Numbered from the stretch's first letter, positions 40,201-54,054 are shown. The stretch is 64,000 nucleotides of DNA from Lama guanicoe (GCA_013239625.1 MU053881.1:11669957-11733956), one strand, 5' to 3'. The notes: generated from the letters alone by a model not told the origin. Program-made: numbers and translations.

Positions 40201-40381
40201 TTTGGACTCTTAACACAAAACAACTCTTTCTCATCACATAATACATTGGTTTCTTTTTTGCTTTAAAAGGTATTGGATGCATAAAATTAGCATTTCTAAA
40301 TGTGAAGAACGGTTTTGATGATTTTCTTTGGTTTTCTGTAAGACAGAGCACTAAGCCTGGAATTTATAAGATTTTACACGC

Positions 40382-40818
40382 TGTAAAAATTAGTAACAGA
40401 AACCTCAATTAAAATAGAGTCAAGAGGCCAAAAGGTGGAGATCTCTTGCCCTACCACTTGATGTCAATCGTATTACCTACAGCAAGAGAGGTACCTTTGC
40501 ATCTCCAAAAGGAAAAAGGTTACTGCTTTACGACTCAACAGGAGAAAGGAAGAATTTCTCTTTGCCTGGTAATAGCCCAATCAGACTATCTCCACTCAGC
40601 CAATGAAAAGCCACTATACTTCAACCACTCAGTTCCCTCCAATGGACTCTTCACTTCCAACTCCCCTTCTGCATGAAAGAATGACCCTCTCCTTTGTTCT
40701 CTAGGTTTGCCTTTGGTTTACCATAGAGTGCGTGTCCCAAATCGCAATTCTTTGCTGTTCCTGAAAAAACACAGTTTTTCTGATAAAATAACTTGCTATT
40801 TATTGTTATAGGTCAACA
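40382..40818 (+). mobile_element. Solo ERV LTR
   Basis: TG...CA termini (tgtaaaaat...ggtcaaca) and CCAAT boxes (gcccaatcag, gccaatg). Confidence 0.7.
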
Positions 40819-41439
40819 ATACCGTTTCTATAAATTCAAGATATGTGAAAATAGAGTGGATTATAGTCTCTACTTGAATATGAAGGAAATTTCAGCTAAA
40901 TGATTCCTACAAACAAGCTGCAGATACCTTATTTAGAATTTTTCTAAGGCAATTGATCATAATTAATTTGACCACATGCAGCATTCAAATCATTATTTAA
41001 GTTGACTAACCAATCACATGATTAAATGTTATTTTGATCTGCTGGCTGTATTTGAAAGAAAGACACTTGTGTTTCCTTTAAAGTATCCTATAATTTAATG
41101 CTGTTTCCATGGGGCCATTTGATTAATGAGATTTTAGGGTAACTAAACCAACCTTGGCCATTTATGGGTACCTTACATTTATATTCTAGACAGATGTATT
41201 TTAAAGTATTCTTAGAATAATCTTACCTTTTGGGGAATTATTTTTAAAAAGACTTTCCATAGCATTAAACTTTCCAAGAAAATAAGAAAAAATTAACATC
41301 AATACACTCTCCACTCAAACTTTTATTTTCCTTTAAGAAAATGGTTTCTTACATAACCATTTAAAAAACCATTTTGTTTTTCATGAATTGAATAGGTGAC
41401 TAAATGAATTATTTGGTATTATTTTAGACAGTACCTCAC

Positions 41440-41840
41440 CTTTGAAGTGAGTAGCATGCCAACATTTTTAAAAATTATTTTGATCAATTGGAAAATTTCC
41501 TAAGCTTATTTGGCTCTTGGAACCAAATTTCAAAAGGAGAAAATATATGATCCATTCATAACTCAAATACGGAACTTTTTTAGTTTGATAGATACAAGAT
41601 TTAATATCAACATTGTGTGGGCCACGTAAAACAGTCCAAAACTCACATCATTTTTCGAAGAAGTAATATATAGAAGATAGAAATCCTGACCTGTATTTCC
41701 AGTAGTATACTTTGGTTCCATCTGCTCAAATCTGAAGTCACTCTCAAATTGGGATGACATCTATATAGTACTACTCAGGCAACCAGAGCCTCTTTAAGAG
41801 ATAGTATTGGCCCTAGTAGCCTTAACTGGATCAAGTAGAA
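41440..41840 (-). pseudogene. Pseudo-exon, HEPN-like unit
   Basis: tttatttag acceptor, AAAG|gtgagg donor. Contains ORF 41563..41760 (FRFEQMEPKY...QDFYLLYITSSKNDVSF), then a shifted frame DIKSCIYQTKKVPYLSYEW. Confidence 0.55.
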
Positions 41841-42480
41841 CTAAATAAATGTGGCTTTTCAGAAAAATAAAATTAGGGAATGTGACTTAGTTTCATCTCT
41901 ACAGTTATGACCATGCCATGTGCTGAGTAAGAGCTTAATTTTGAGCCAGATACCTTGCTAAGTGGTTTGTGCACATGATTTCACTCAAACCTCTCAGAAA
42001 CCAGGAGAATTAGGTTTTGTTATGGTCTCACTTTTTATAAATGAGGGAACTAGTGCTCAGTATGGGGAAAATTATCAACTCATTGAGCCAGCTGGTTATT
42101 TGATAAACAGCCACTCATGCTATAAAAATTTTAAATGTTATTCAAACCATTCATTTGAATGATACAGCAGAGGACTGAAGCAAAAGGAAATTAAATTATT
42201 CCTTCCCTCAAACAGCTTATCATCTATCAAGAAGAAACATGAGAAAAATACAAAATTATTGTGTTCAAATTAAGCTCATAATTATTGAGGCACTACAGAC
42301 TAAAGATCATTCAAAGTAGGAATGTAAGGTAACATTAGTATGTAAAGGGTATCAAAATGGAAATACTTTCTCATTTTATATATATTAAGTTTCATATATA
42401 TTAAATTTTCTTAAGAATCTATTTGTAGTGACAGTCTGGCTGATTTCTATTTCTCTTTTCCTAATCTAATTTTTGCTGAC

Positions 42481-43103
42481 ATAGGAACAATGTGTATTTG
42501 TTTTGATAAATGAACTGTCTTCCTTGAAGAAATTCAAAAGACATTATTTCTTTCATCACTTATGCTGCCCAAAGAAGCTGTTTTGTCTTAAAACTGAAAT
42601 CATTTAAGCCTGAATTGTATCGATCATACATTGCCCAGTATAATTTGAAACATTAAAAAAAAAAACCTGTAGAGTTTTTCCAACACACATAACATAATAT
42701 TATCAAACACAGACAAGAAGTCTTAGCATAATGAGAGTGTTTTGCAAATGAGAAATTATAGATAATTGCTGTTTGTTCTTGTTTTCATAGAATGAAGTGT
42801 AATTATTATTAACAAGAGGCTTGTTTCAATAATTATTTCTGGTTATCCCAGGGCACAAATGCATTGAAGCAGAAAACAATGTATTTTCATTCAGAGTTTT
42901 TGTTCCTAGATCATCTCTTATCACGGCCAGAGGTTAGGCATGAATTCTTGTTCTGAGTTTGTGCAAGTCTTGGTACTGTATAACCAAATTTGTGTTGTCT
43001 GAGTTGAATATCACATCACTCTCTTCAAGACTAAATAACACTTTCTTCAGTATTTAAAAAGAAATTATTTAACCACACATAGTATTGTAGGGCTGCTATT
43101 TTA
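42481..43103 (-). pseudogene. Large pseudo-exon with HEPN-like catalytic-site remnant
   Basis: Strong acceptor cttttttccactttcag. Reads LKKVLFSLEESDVIFNSDNTNLVIQYQDLHKLRTRIHA*PLAVIRDDL, and further on MIDTIQA*MISVLRQNSFF. The 3' end is approximate. Confidence 0.55.
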
Positions 43104-43799
43104 CTGAAAGTGGAAAAAAGGATTCAAAGTATATATATCCAAATGGAATTTGGGATTCCAGGTGACAAATAACTATGGATTAATATGCTGTTAAATGTTG
43201 CCTGTATTGTGTATCTGATTTTCATTCTGCACTTAGATACTCAAAGTCTGTCTGGAAGTAGTTAATAAATATAGCTTGGGGAATACTGAGGACTGATAGA
43301 ACATACATACTGAGGTATGGTCAAACTGACTGGTAAAGAGTCACTATCCCAAGCTTCACCTCATCCTTAGAATCCTCTCAAACCAACAGGAAATCTTCTC
43401 AATCCAGTAACTAAAGGTATAGTAAGGAGCCTCCAGGAACCAGCACTATGATCTGGGTATATTTTAATTGGTAGGTACCTGTTTCAGTCGGTACCTTCCT
43501 AAACTCTTGCCTTCAGGGCACTTCTCTTTGTTCCCTCAAGGTACACAGAAGGCTTTCAAAGCTTCACCCATGGTCCCCACTGCTAGAATGCACTGCTCTG
43601 GAGCCACCCACACACCCGGGCTTTCACTGTGACTTATGCATTTTAGCTCCATTCCAAGTTTCCTCCCAGTGAGCAGGTATGGACCCCAAAAGATGAGGTG
43701 GGGTCCTTGGCAGTGACCTTGGAAACCTAGCAAGCTAATGCCTGTTCACACCAGTTGTTAACTATTTGGAATATTATCCCTGGACATTATAACACTAAG

Positions 43800-44010
43800 A
43801 ATTACTGAGCCTTTACTATGCATGGGTCCTATGTTAAACACATTTAATCCTATCAGGTATTATTATCATCCATCTCTTTCACAGATGATGAAAACGGAAA
43901 TACAAAACATTGAAGCAATTTCCTCCAAAGTCATCCTGCTAGAAAGTGGTGGTGCTGGGTCTTCAACCTGGCAGGCTGGCACGATAGCTTAATCCTTAAC
44001 ACATAACTTG
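43800..44010. mobile_element. MIR
   Basis: tactgagcctttactatg...tttaatcct...cagatgatgaaaac. Confidence 0.65.
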
Positions 44011-45004
44011 TAAATTTATTCCAGAGTTACATAGTATATGGTAATCTTTTACTTTTGACTGCTTCTAAGTTTTTATAAAAACTTATTTATGATAATGATT
44101 GTCAAAACCAAGGACTCAACTAAGGTTAAAAAGGGAAATCTCTTCCAGGATGGTACAGATAATCTAAAACTCACTTAGAAGTAATCACAGAAAGGAGTCT
44201 AGCCAGGCAGATGGAATGTCTTATTTCTGGCAGCAGGTGACAGAAGTGTCATAGTGGATATAGGAAATTATTTTAGCAAGCATGGGCAGAGCCTTGGCTA
44301 AAAAGTGGGGAACAGTTAGGCCCTTGGCTCAGGTGGTACCTGGGTAATGAGACCAGGTATATAATGCCATTATTCTAGCTGCCTCGATAGGCAACCTCAA
44401 ATAAGCCAACCTACTAGAACTGCTTTCAATAAAGCAATATTCTTCCTTCTTCCAGAGGAAGAGGAATATGAGTCAGCGTAACTTAGCAGAGACTTGGAAA
44501 GGCTAAGGTACTCAACGATTTGGATGAGAAACTGAAATGTTTATTTTGAGAGAATGGGCTATTCTATTCTTGCATATGTAAGACTGTAGTAACATAGTGT
44601 GGAAAGAGCATAGCCTTTGATGCCTATAAACTTTTTAAGCTTTGGGAACAATAGAAATGTTTCATCACTTAAGTGTGCTGTTAGTAGAGTTTAAGAAACT
44701 ATATAACATGAACCAAAGAGAGTTATTTCTCCTTAACAGAACAAATTGTATTATGCATATAAAATGTTAAGCGGTCCATCTTATTTATCATGGCTTTTAG
44801 CAAGAAAAAAAGTAATATAATATATCATATGTCATATTAGCCCTATTTACCATTATGAAGCCAGATCTAGAAGGTGCAGAACATGGGTACACCCCAAAAT
44901 GCTTAGGAGATATCTGAATAGATGAATGAATTAAAAAATGAACGTAGCTTATTTAGCTCACAACAAAAAAGAGAAAGGGAGCTACTTAGAAATTAACAAG
45001 CTAC

Positions 45005-45326
45005 CTTAAGTATATATCTCTTTGAGAAACAAATGCAGTTTGGACTTGATATAAAATATTACAATGGAAATCTTGAGAAAATTTCCAACTGTTTTAGAAT
45101 TTGGTGATAATCTCGGGCTAAAATTAGGATATTACTTCACTGCACAAAATCATCACAACTTTTTATAAACGTGTTTATATTAGAGGGCATCTACAAAACT
45201 GCTGATTTTTTATACTTTTAGAACCAGAATGAGAAACTTCTCCATTAGTAACATCTTGCGTCTGGCTGTAGGCATTGTTAAGTGGGTCTGCTACTCAATA
45301 TAACTAAACTCTAGTGTTTGCAGTGC
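45005..45326 (-). pseudogene. Pseudo-exon, HEPN-like C-terminal helix
   Basis: catgcag acceptor, AAG|gtagct donor. Reads ALQTLEFSYIE*QTHLTMPTARRKMLLMEKFLILVLKV. Confidence 0.45.
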
Positions 45327-45476
45327 CTGCATGGTTGAATAGGCTTATATACAAATATGTATTCTGTGTGTTCATTTCTTATTGTAATCAAATCAATTAA
45401 TTATGCATTATGTTTATGAATCTTAGTAACTATTTAACTCATTATACAGGTATAATTATATTACTATATATATACG

Positions 45477-45672
45477 TATATGCCATAGCTAGACTGAAAG
45501 GAAAAGCTAGGGGTAAAGTCTCCTCTAAATATTTGTGGATAAAATTAGCAATGCAGAGAACATTTCAGTGAAGATGTGGTGTCTGGTTGGGGTTCTGCCA
45601 AGTGTCTCACACAAGGCTCCTGGACTATTCCTGTTAACGCTACAAAAAGTTGCTCTTAAATGTTCACCAGAT
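45477..45672 (-). pseudogene. Pseudo-exon
   Basis: Strong acceptor ttttcttccatttattttcag. The phase-1 read YLVNI*EQLFVALTGIVQE joins the 46568 donor; a later frame reads EMFSALLILSTNI. Donor uncertain. Confidence 0.45.
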
Positions 45673-46436
45673 CTGAAAATAAATGGAAGAAAATCTCTTG
45701 CCAAAAACATTCTGAACCTTCCTTTCCCCTATTCCATCCTCTCAGAACACTTCAAAACCAATAATCAACAGATGCATTTGTGTCACCGTACATGATCCTT
45801 CCCACCAAACACACTAAATACACACACACACAGGGTAAGGAAATGATTTGTTTGGGGGGAGTATGAAAAAGGGCAACATCCATTTCAGTGTGGTTTCTGT
45901 AGATCATGTGCTTCAGCCACATAAGAAGACTGCTGTTTTGCTATGCTACTACTATTTCTCTACATCAGTAGGCAATTACTGAGAGCCATCATTCACTAGG
46001 TGCTGTTTAAAATACTTCAGAAATAATATCTCATTTAGCATTCACTATAAATACACAAAGAAGGCGTTATTACGATTTTAGAGATGAAGAAAAGGAAGCA
46101 CGGAGAGATTGCTGATGCTGCTCACCTAGAAAACGTCACATCAGGTGGCCTGATACTGAAGTCTGCTCTCTTGATGATACATTAGAGATCCAGGAAACAG
46201 GCTCAAGTCTGTTTTATTTTTAATAAAATGCACAGAAGGCTCTACTATGAACTATAGACTAAATGAGGGCAGTGGAGAAGGGCCAGGGTAAACTATTGAA
46301 GGAAAGTGTATGAAAGTCGCTCAGGTGGTTAAGTTTATTTAGAGTCATTAATTAGTGTTATCAGAACTATTGTATTTAATGTAAACATGAGCTCATAGGA
46401 GCACTGTAGAGCTTGAAACTTTCCAATAAATACACA

Positions 46437-46560
46437 GAAAAAGAATAAAATAATGCCATTTGCAGCAACATGGATGGACCTGGAGATCGTCATTCTAAGT
46501 GAAGTAAGTCGTAAAAATGCCATATGATATCACTTATATGTGGAATCTAAGAAAAGGACA
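46437..46560 (+). mobile_element. Short young L1 3' fragment
   Basis: aataatgccatttgcagcaacatggatggacctggagatcgtcattctaagtgaagtaag, near-identical to 16445-16560. Confidence 0.85.
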
Positions 46561-46567
46561 TACATAC

Positions 46568-47066
46568 AAAAAGAATGGAGGTCAATTTTGATTCAAAAGT
46601 GCTTGCAAGCTAGAGTGAGGGCTACAGAAGATTTCCAAATAAATGCATCTTCTCCTTCATAAACAAAAGAAAATTTAATTCTGATGAAAACTGTAATATC
46701 CTTTTGTGTTCTTTTCAAGCAAAAATCACAAAGCCTCTTTGAAAATGATGTCATGAAGATGATTAGTTTCCAGCTTGAGAGAGCCTGCCTAGCTTGAACC
46801 TAAAGAGGACTTAACAGCTGAATTATCTCATGATAAACCTATTAAAGATTCATAATTCCTTGAGTTTTAATTGGGTGTGATTGATCCCCATTAGAGTATT
46901 TGTGGGTAGTAAAGTAGCCTAAGTGGTTCTCCCTCCTTCTGATTAAAAATTGTGTTTATTGAACTTGATTACTCAAGATAACATGAAATATTATTTTATG
47001 AAAACCCTCTTGAAATGATAAATTCCAGACTTTGAGAAGAGGGATTTTATTTTTGAGTTCTATTTC
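46568..47066 (-). pseudogene. Pseudo-exon (499 nt), HEPN-like unit
   Basis: tttttctgcag acceptor, gtatgt donor. A 166-codon frame with 5 stops: EIELKNKIPLLKVWNLSFQEGFHKII...IKTQGIMNL**VYHEII... Confidence 0.6.
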
Positions 47067-47129
47067 CTGCAGAAAAATTGGGCTGTTCAAATTATTTTCT
47101 TAAATGTCCTTACCTATTACCTTGCTTAA

Positions 47130-48425
47130 AATAATAAACAGGGCCACATTTCTTCTATTTCTTTGTGTGTCCATATACTATAGAGAGACTTGTATAATGA
47201 AGCTGCATGTACCATCACCTAGCTTCAACACTTATGGGCTCATGGTCAATTTTGTTTCATTTATATTTATATCAGTTTCTTTTATTACAGATTATTTTGA
47301 AGGAAATTCAAAATATACCATTTTATCTGTAAATATGTCAACTTATATTCATAAAAGATAGGGACTCTTCCAAAATATATAATGACATTCCAATACTATA
47401 ACTAAAATAATTTTTCAATAATTCCTTACTGTTATCAAATATCTATTCAGTTTTGATTTTCCACCAGTTTTCTTATAAAGATACTTTAATCCTTTACGTT
47501 CATTTGAATTAGGATCTAAATAAGGTCCATTTACATAAGTTTCTTAATTATCTCCTAATATATAATCACTCTCTCTTTTCCTTACAAATTTTTGTTGAAT
47601 AAAAGAGAAAGTTTGTCTCATGAAGTTTCCCACAGTTTGGATACTACTATTGGACGATACTTCTCTTGCAGAGTTAGCAGGCACTTTGTGCCCTGTATTT
47701 TCTCTATGTTGATAATTAAGTTACATCTAGAAGATGGATGAGATTTAAGTTTGATTTTGGTGTGGATGGTGGGGGCAAGACTACACACAGGTAGGGCTAT
47801 TTTCTTCCATGAAAAATTACCTTTGTGTTTTTTCCATCAGAAAGTATATGATGTGTATATAATGTGTCTTTTTGAAATGTTAGCCATTATTGATTATCAT
47901 TGTCTCAGTCAATGATTATATTTTAGTTTGCAAATAGTAATATTCCGGTCCTATCATTTTTCACTTATTTATTAGCTGAAATATTTCAGCAAAGAGAAAC
48001 TTTTTTCCCTTATTAACTATTTGGTTACCCTGAGGCACAGTTAGCATACTAAATGCAGCAAAAATATTTGTTTCCTTTTATTTGCTAGTTTTCAAAATAC
48101 TGAGTTTGTTCTCTAGCCTCTTGCAAAAGGAATGATGGTCTTTGGTTTGTTTGTTATTGTTTTTAGTACCATTATGAACTAATGAGTATAAACATATTAT
48201 AGTTGTTATTCTTACTGATGCTCAAATTTAACCAGTGGAACATTTTCAGGTGGACTACTCAAGCCCTTTTGAAGAGATCTTAATAGACAATTGAAGGTTC
48301 TTAGCTTTCTGATATGACAATAAGTCCCAGGCTCATTTTGATGTTTTCTGCTCTACACTTGAATTAGCCATTTCTCAAAGGAGTCCTAATTCCTTTTAGT
48401 AGAGAATGGCATTTTAATTGCAGTC
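47130..48425 (-). mobile_element. Old L1MC-type 3' UTR
   Basis: gtaccatcacctagcttcaaca...ccaggctcattttg...gccatttctcaaaggag...ccttttagtagagaatgg. Confidence 0.7.
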
Positions 48426-48627
48426 TGATTATTGCTTTTAAAGCATGTTAGAGGAGAAAAAATAAATATTTTCTCCAGCCTTATTCAAATATACATATTT
48501 TCAAATGATTCAATTTTGCCATCTTTTTTGAATTTGCAGTAGCATTTAACTATTTCTTCTTTTGTTAAATGAATTAATGTTCACATTACTTCTTATGCAA
48601 TATAAATAAGTGATCTGTTACATTTAC

Positions 48628-49087
48628 CTATAAAGAACAAAAATTATAACTTTTTGACTCAAAATTACATCAAACTAAAATTAAGAATTTTTTTTCTTTT
48701 TCTTTTTTAATAGCTTCAGAATGTGGGAGCAATAGATATTATTTCATTTCATTCAAAATGGCTTAGCAAGCCTAGGAAGCGATGTGAAGGATTTCATATG
48801 TATGTAGGGTTTATTTTCCTGAACTTTGGGAATTAGGAACCAGAAATTCTTTCCTCATTTGAAATACTCTCCCTTTTCACTTCTTTTATATAGTGCTTTG
48901 AAACCATAACTAGACAAACGTTTTTTAAAAAGTGATCCATAATAATCATAAAAGTACTGCCAAAAGTTAGCATCGTTAAGTTTTTCTATTGCAAATATAT
49001 TTATGAGACCTATTTTTTTCTATTTTTCCATTTTATGTCTTCATTTCTACTTGTTATTACTTTTTTAGCCTCCCTTCTATGCTGTGT
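48628..49087 (-). pseudogene. Pseudo-exon
   Basis: ttttttag acceptor, ATAG|gtaaat donor. An about 110-codon frame KIGLINIFAIEKLNDANFWQYFYDYYGSLFKKRL...IYCSHILKLLKK has only 3 internal TGA stops. Confidence 0.55.
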
Positions 49088-49149
49088 CTAAAAAATGATT
49101 TTTATGAGCCTATATTTTGTTCTAGAATTTGGAAGATTTCCATTCGTGG

Positions 49150-51290
49150 TTACTATGGAGTAGCTTGATACAGGTCAGTATCCATCTACTAAGAATAAAT
49201 ACAAAATCTAGATTTTTCTTGGGAAGAAAAACATTGTTTGAGGGCATCCAAGATAGTCAAGGCAGCCAATCTTGAAGTGTCAAGGTCTCAGAAAGAAGGG
49301 AATTGTACTACAGTGAGCCCGGGTTTGTCTTCTGCATTTGTGTATGTTGGTGGAAGCAAGGAGTGGTGGGGCTAAGGGGCCTAGAAACCAAGCAGAAAAT
49401 GATGGTTGGTATCCTTGGTCATTTCACAGGACTAGAGGAAGCAGAATAGTGGTATTCTTTATCACTTTTAACTCAAGTTATTTGCTGATTCTTAAGATTT
49501 ACAGGACAAGAAGTAACAAGGCAAACAAAACAATGGTTCTTAAGTGGCTAGAAAGCCAAGCAGAACCAGAGACAAAATCGGAACTCAAAAATCACCGAAG
49601 AGAAGGTTAGCTATGGGAAACAACACTGACATTTAGGTAATACCCTTGATGGATTATACTCTATAGTCAATGCAAAACAGAAATAAACCAGACCTCAAAC
49701 AGAATGAAATTCAGCCTTGAATAACCTCAATCTCTAAATGGAGCAAGGTAATCTGTCTCTGCTTTAATAGCCTGCCAAAAGGAAAGTACATCATCTCTAG
49801 AAAGATAAAATCCAGAGCTTCTGTAATGTTTCACACATTCAATGAAAAATGACCAAAAATGACACAGGAACAAATGACCAAAAACCAAGAGAAAAAACAG
49901 CAATAAAATCAGACTCCCAGATGATCCAGACATTAGCATACCAGGCACAGATTTTAAAATAACAGTGATTAGTGAGAAAATAAATGACAAGATAAAGAAT
50001 TTTACCAGCAAATTGATATCTATAAAAAGCAAATCAAAATTCTAGGTAAAGAAATAGAATAACTGAGCTCATGAATTTGATAAATAGATTTAACAGCAAA
50101 ATTATAAAAAAGCAAAAGAGATGATTAATGAACTGGAATACAGGTCAATAGATGTCTAGATTAAAGAAAAGATCATCTGAAACTTTCAGAAATGAATATG
50201 AGACATTTAAGAATGGTGAAACTCTAAGGCAGTATAATTAAGAGTTTCATAGGACCAAGGCAATATTTACAGAAATAATAGCCAAGAATCCCCCAAACTG
50301 AAGAAAGATCCCAAGCCAGTGATCCCAAAGCTTTATGAACTAAGGCTGGGGAGATGCAAAGAAGTCCATTCCTAACCACATCATAATACAATTTGTGAAA
50401 AATAAGAATATTTAAGAAACTCAGAAGCAACCAAAGGAAAAGATACACATTATCTTTTAAAATGCAAATAATGAGACAGCTGCCTTTTCAGGAGAAACTG
50501 AATATATACCAGAAGACAAATGAGTGACATATTTAAAGTTCTGAAACAAAATAACTGCCATCACGTGAAAATATCCTTCAAGTAATTAAGGTGAAATTAA
50601 GATGTTCTTAGAAAAGGAAAAATTGAATTTGTCAATCACAAATCCTGTATTAAAGGAAAAGTTAAAGAGTTCTCTAGACAGAAAGAAAATGATCCCAGAT
50701 GTGAGGAGGAAAATGATAAAAGAAGTAAAGAACGTAACAGGCTAGAGTAAATATATACATAAACCTAAGTGAATACTGATTGCATAAAACAATAATAATA
50801 CTGTCTCATTGCCTTTAAAATATATGATCAATTATAAATAAACAACAGCCAAAAAGGTGAGGGTAGGGAAGCTTTCATAAGTGGTTAGGCATATTAACCC
50901 ATTTAGAATACATCTATTCTAATAGAACAAACTAACAACAATGAAAAAGGCAATAGAGATACAGAAAACTTGAACAACACAATTTGCAAATGGACCTGTT
51001 TGACAGTTGTAGAACACGCCAGTCAAGAATTTCACAATGCATCTTTTTTTCAAGAGCATGTGGTACATTTGCCGAAGTGACCATATTATGCGTCATAAAG
51101 AAAGTCTCAACAAATTTCACAGGACTCAAGTCATTTGGTATAGTATCTGAACATGGCAGAATTAAGCTAGAAATCAATAACAAGATAATGAGAACATTCT
51201 CAAATGTTTGTAAATGAAGCAAGACATTTAAAAATAACATGAGTCAAATGAGAAACAATAATGGAAGTAGTTCAGAAATATTCTAGAATA
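49150..51290 (+). mobile_element. Old L1M 5' region, ORF1 and start of ORF2
   Basis: ORF1 remnants (gacatatttaaagttctgaaa...aaaatatccttcaa) and endonuclease remnants (ttcaagagcatgtggtacatt...aattaagctagaaatcaataac). Confidence 0.8.
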
Positions 51291-51841
51291 TGGTTCACAG
51301 GAGATCAAAAGGTGGTTAGATAAGTGGGAGCACCGGGCAGATAGGAGGAGGAGAGGGAGGATGGTCTGGAAGATGGCATTATGCCTGCCTCCAGCATAAA
51401 GGGACTTTACTTCTTCTAAATGAGTGCCAGCAAGGAACCAGTTAGAACCCAACATCCATACTGGGTGGTAGAAGAAAGGACTTAACCCAATGCTCATTGT
51501 ATTACAATTAACATTGCACTTTAGCCCCACCCTCCATGGGTTTTTCTGTATATACCACGGGTAAGAACACGCACAAAGGAGCCAAATATGACTACGCATT
51601 CCAGGGACAAGAGTGTCAATCAATCAAGAGACCATGTCTAAGCGAGAGCATAAGAGAAAGGGAAGACAAAAACCTCCACTTTTCCTCCCTTGGATCAGCC
51701 TGCCTCCCATTCTTGGAGGTGTACTTTTCCTTTCCTAAATAAATCTTTTAAAGTTTTTCGCTACACAACGCATCATCTCCTGAATGTAAACTTGTCTTTC
51801 CGGTATGACAAGAACTGGCGTTGTTACCTTTTTGGGTAACA
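51291..51841 (+). mobile_element. Solo ERV LTR
   Basis: TG...CA termini (tggttcac...gggtaaca) and gtgtactttt...aataaa poly(A) signal at about 51738. Confidence 0.75.
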
Positions 51842-52105
51842 AAAATATAAAAGTGCTTAAAAGAATATCATAGATGTATCTTGATAATGCTATCTCTATG
51901 ACACACAAACAAGCAATAAATAATCTTCATTCTAGCCAGTCACATTGGTGTTGTGTAAACAGAAGAGTCAACTGATGGAGCATTTTGCATTACAACTACT
52001 CTGTCTGCAGTCTATCAATTCAGCTTGGGTTAGATTTCACAGAGGCAAGTGCCACAAATGGAAGGTGGTCACGATGTCCTAGAGCTACAAACTCTTTGAA
52101 TCTTA
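51842..52105 (-). pseudogene. Pseudo-exon abutting the LTR/L1 insertion, HEPN-like N-terminal helix
   Basis: Strong acceptor ggcttttcttttcag. Reads RFKEFVALGHRDHLPFVAL...LFIACLCVIEIALSRYIYDILLSTF and ends at the LTR edge without a donor. Confidence 0.6.
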
Positions 52106-52329
52106 CTGAAAAGAAAAGCCTTGCTTTTAAGTCAAATGATTTCATGTACATGCCTTGAAAGACAAATTGCTCATCTAACACTTAACATGAACTGAAAATG
52201 AGAACAATTAGTATGGTGGATGCTACTTTAAGGGGAAAATGTTTTCCTCACACAGCAGATGTGGGAACATAAGGCCAGCAGTGGGTATCGATGCTAAACT
52301 GTCACTGAATTACACAAAAACAACAGGCT

Positions 52330-52634
52330 ACAACAAAATAACTAGTGTTTTCAAACTTGGTATTTTAGGTTTGAGTTCTTTCCCAATCTCCTTTAAAGAA
52401 ACATGATGTCCATCTACATCAGCTTGCTTTGACATACATTTGTGTCAAATGGGAAATTTCCGGATCAAGCAGGAAATCTAACGTTTGTGTAACCAAAGTC
52501 ATGTAGTAAGATTGTAATGTGGGGTTTTCTCATTTTTTTCCTTCCTAGGGCAGAGTCCATTCATTCTATCTAAATTCTTGCATCTTCAGCAAGAGTGAGC
52601 CATTCTACAATGTTTCTTCTCTAATCTGATAGTC
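52330..52634 (-). pseudogene. Pseudo-exon, C-terminal half of a HEPN-like unit
   Basis: cag acceptor, phase-compatible with the 54742 donor: (G)LSD*RRNIVEWLTLAEDARI*IE*...PTLQSYYMTLVTQTLDFLLDPEI. The 3' boundary is not resolved. Confidence 0.55.
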
Positions 52635-53068
52635 CTGCTTTGTATTTATATCACATAATTCACATAAGGAAATCTGATTCATTTTTAAATAAATTAATTG
52701 ACATTTACAGAGTAGTGGGATTATTCACTTAAAATCTCAAATACAAAATGGCCTCTAGTTTGCAAATTATCCTACAAAATAAGCATGGAATTTTAAAATA
52801 TTATTTTCTGAACTCTTTTCAAATCACATGAGAGTGGCAGCTTACTCCCAGTGATGGTATCAAGTTAGAATACTGAAAACCCCTTATGATCAAAATAATC
52901 CTTGGAAATTCCTTAAATCCCCTATGAGATTTATACGGGTTTATATATACAACCCTCTACAGTAATTTTAAGCACCTTCATATTTGAGAACCAATGAAAT
53001 AAACGAAAAACAAAAACAAAGAAATGCCTAGGTGAGGATGTGTCAGCATTTATTTCTATGCACCTTCC

Positions 53069-53101
<33 letters not shown>

Positions 53102-54054
53102 TCAAGTCAACACAAAAGTTTTCAAGTCCCTGGAGATAAATGAGGATGCTTGTTGAATTCTATTTTAATATATCCTTGATATCTGTTAATAACTGTGTTT
53201 ACTGGTAAACACATTTTAAGGTGTGATTTTTCTGTCTCTTCTCTTAAACTGTTACTACATATTTAGTGCAAATGGATAAGACAGAGCCACCTGGAAGTTT
53301 TAACTGAAAGAGAAATGAACAAAAAAATTAGTATTGTTCATATTTAAAAGATCACAATACATTTAATTTCTAAATGCTTTTTTGTAATAAAAAATATTAA
53401 CTTCCAGTTATGAGCATATATTTGTATTTATTTTTCTTTTTTATGAGGGGCATTTCAAGGGTTTGGCAAAGCCATCACAATTGTGAGCTTTGGCCTTGAA
53501 ATGATAAACGGCCTTGCCTGCTTTCAGGTTCTTTTGCAATTCATTCTTCCTTCTGACCAAACAAAATCTTTCCTATTGTGTCATTTTGATTTTTCCTATC
53601 CCCAAACATATTCTGCCTCCTTATATTCTGTTTACCAAATTACATCCAAACTCTTCTTCTTTTACCTCTCTGCAGTTTTCAATCTTCCTCTTTCCATGCT
53701 AATTATCTATTCATGCCCTACAGCGTTACAAGCCATTCTTCTTCTATGTCTTGAATTTTCTAATTCACCTGTATGGGTTTTGTCCTTTTCCCAATATGCA
53801 ACATTTCCCTCTGAATCTCTGCTTGTTATAATCTTTAAAATTTCAGCTTCAGTACCTTCTTCATGATAATTTATACCAAAACAGTTTGTATCTTTAGATT
53901 TTTTTATGCTACACAGATACACAAAGAAAAACTATCTTATTGTTCTTAGGCACACTAATTACTTAGATACACAGATATATTTCCTCCCCCTAGTTCTTCT
54001 TCCTTCCTCTACTTCATCAGTCTTTCTCTTGCAGATTAAGAATGCTCCCTGCCA

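Noticed and set aside
41440..41840. Laminin-G / EYS-like reading of this exon
   Set aside because: No match to EYS or USH2A sequences I recall and no EGF exons nearby. The motif order fits the HEPN-like repeat.
45673..45710. LARDFLPFIF as a HEPN N-terminal helix
   Set aside because: It coincides with the polypyrimidine tract of the 45672 acceptor, so it is probably intronic.
51228..51742. Longest ORF in the track (131 aa) and its neighbour
   Set aside because: They lie within a solo LTR and show no gag/pol/env similarity.
53483..53922. Overlapping 127/62/71-aa ORFs
   Set aside because: Pyrimidine-rich sequence resembling decayed L2, with no convincing protein motif or splice pair.
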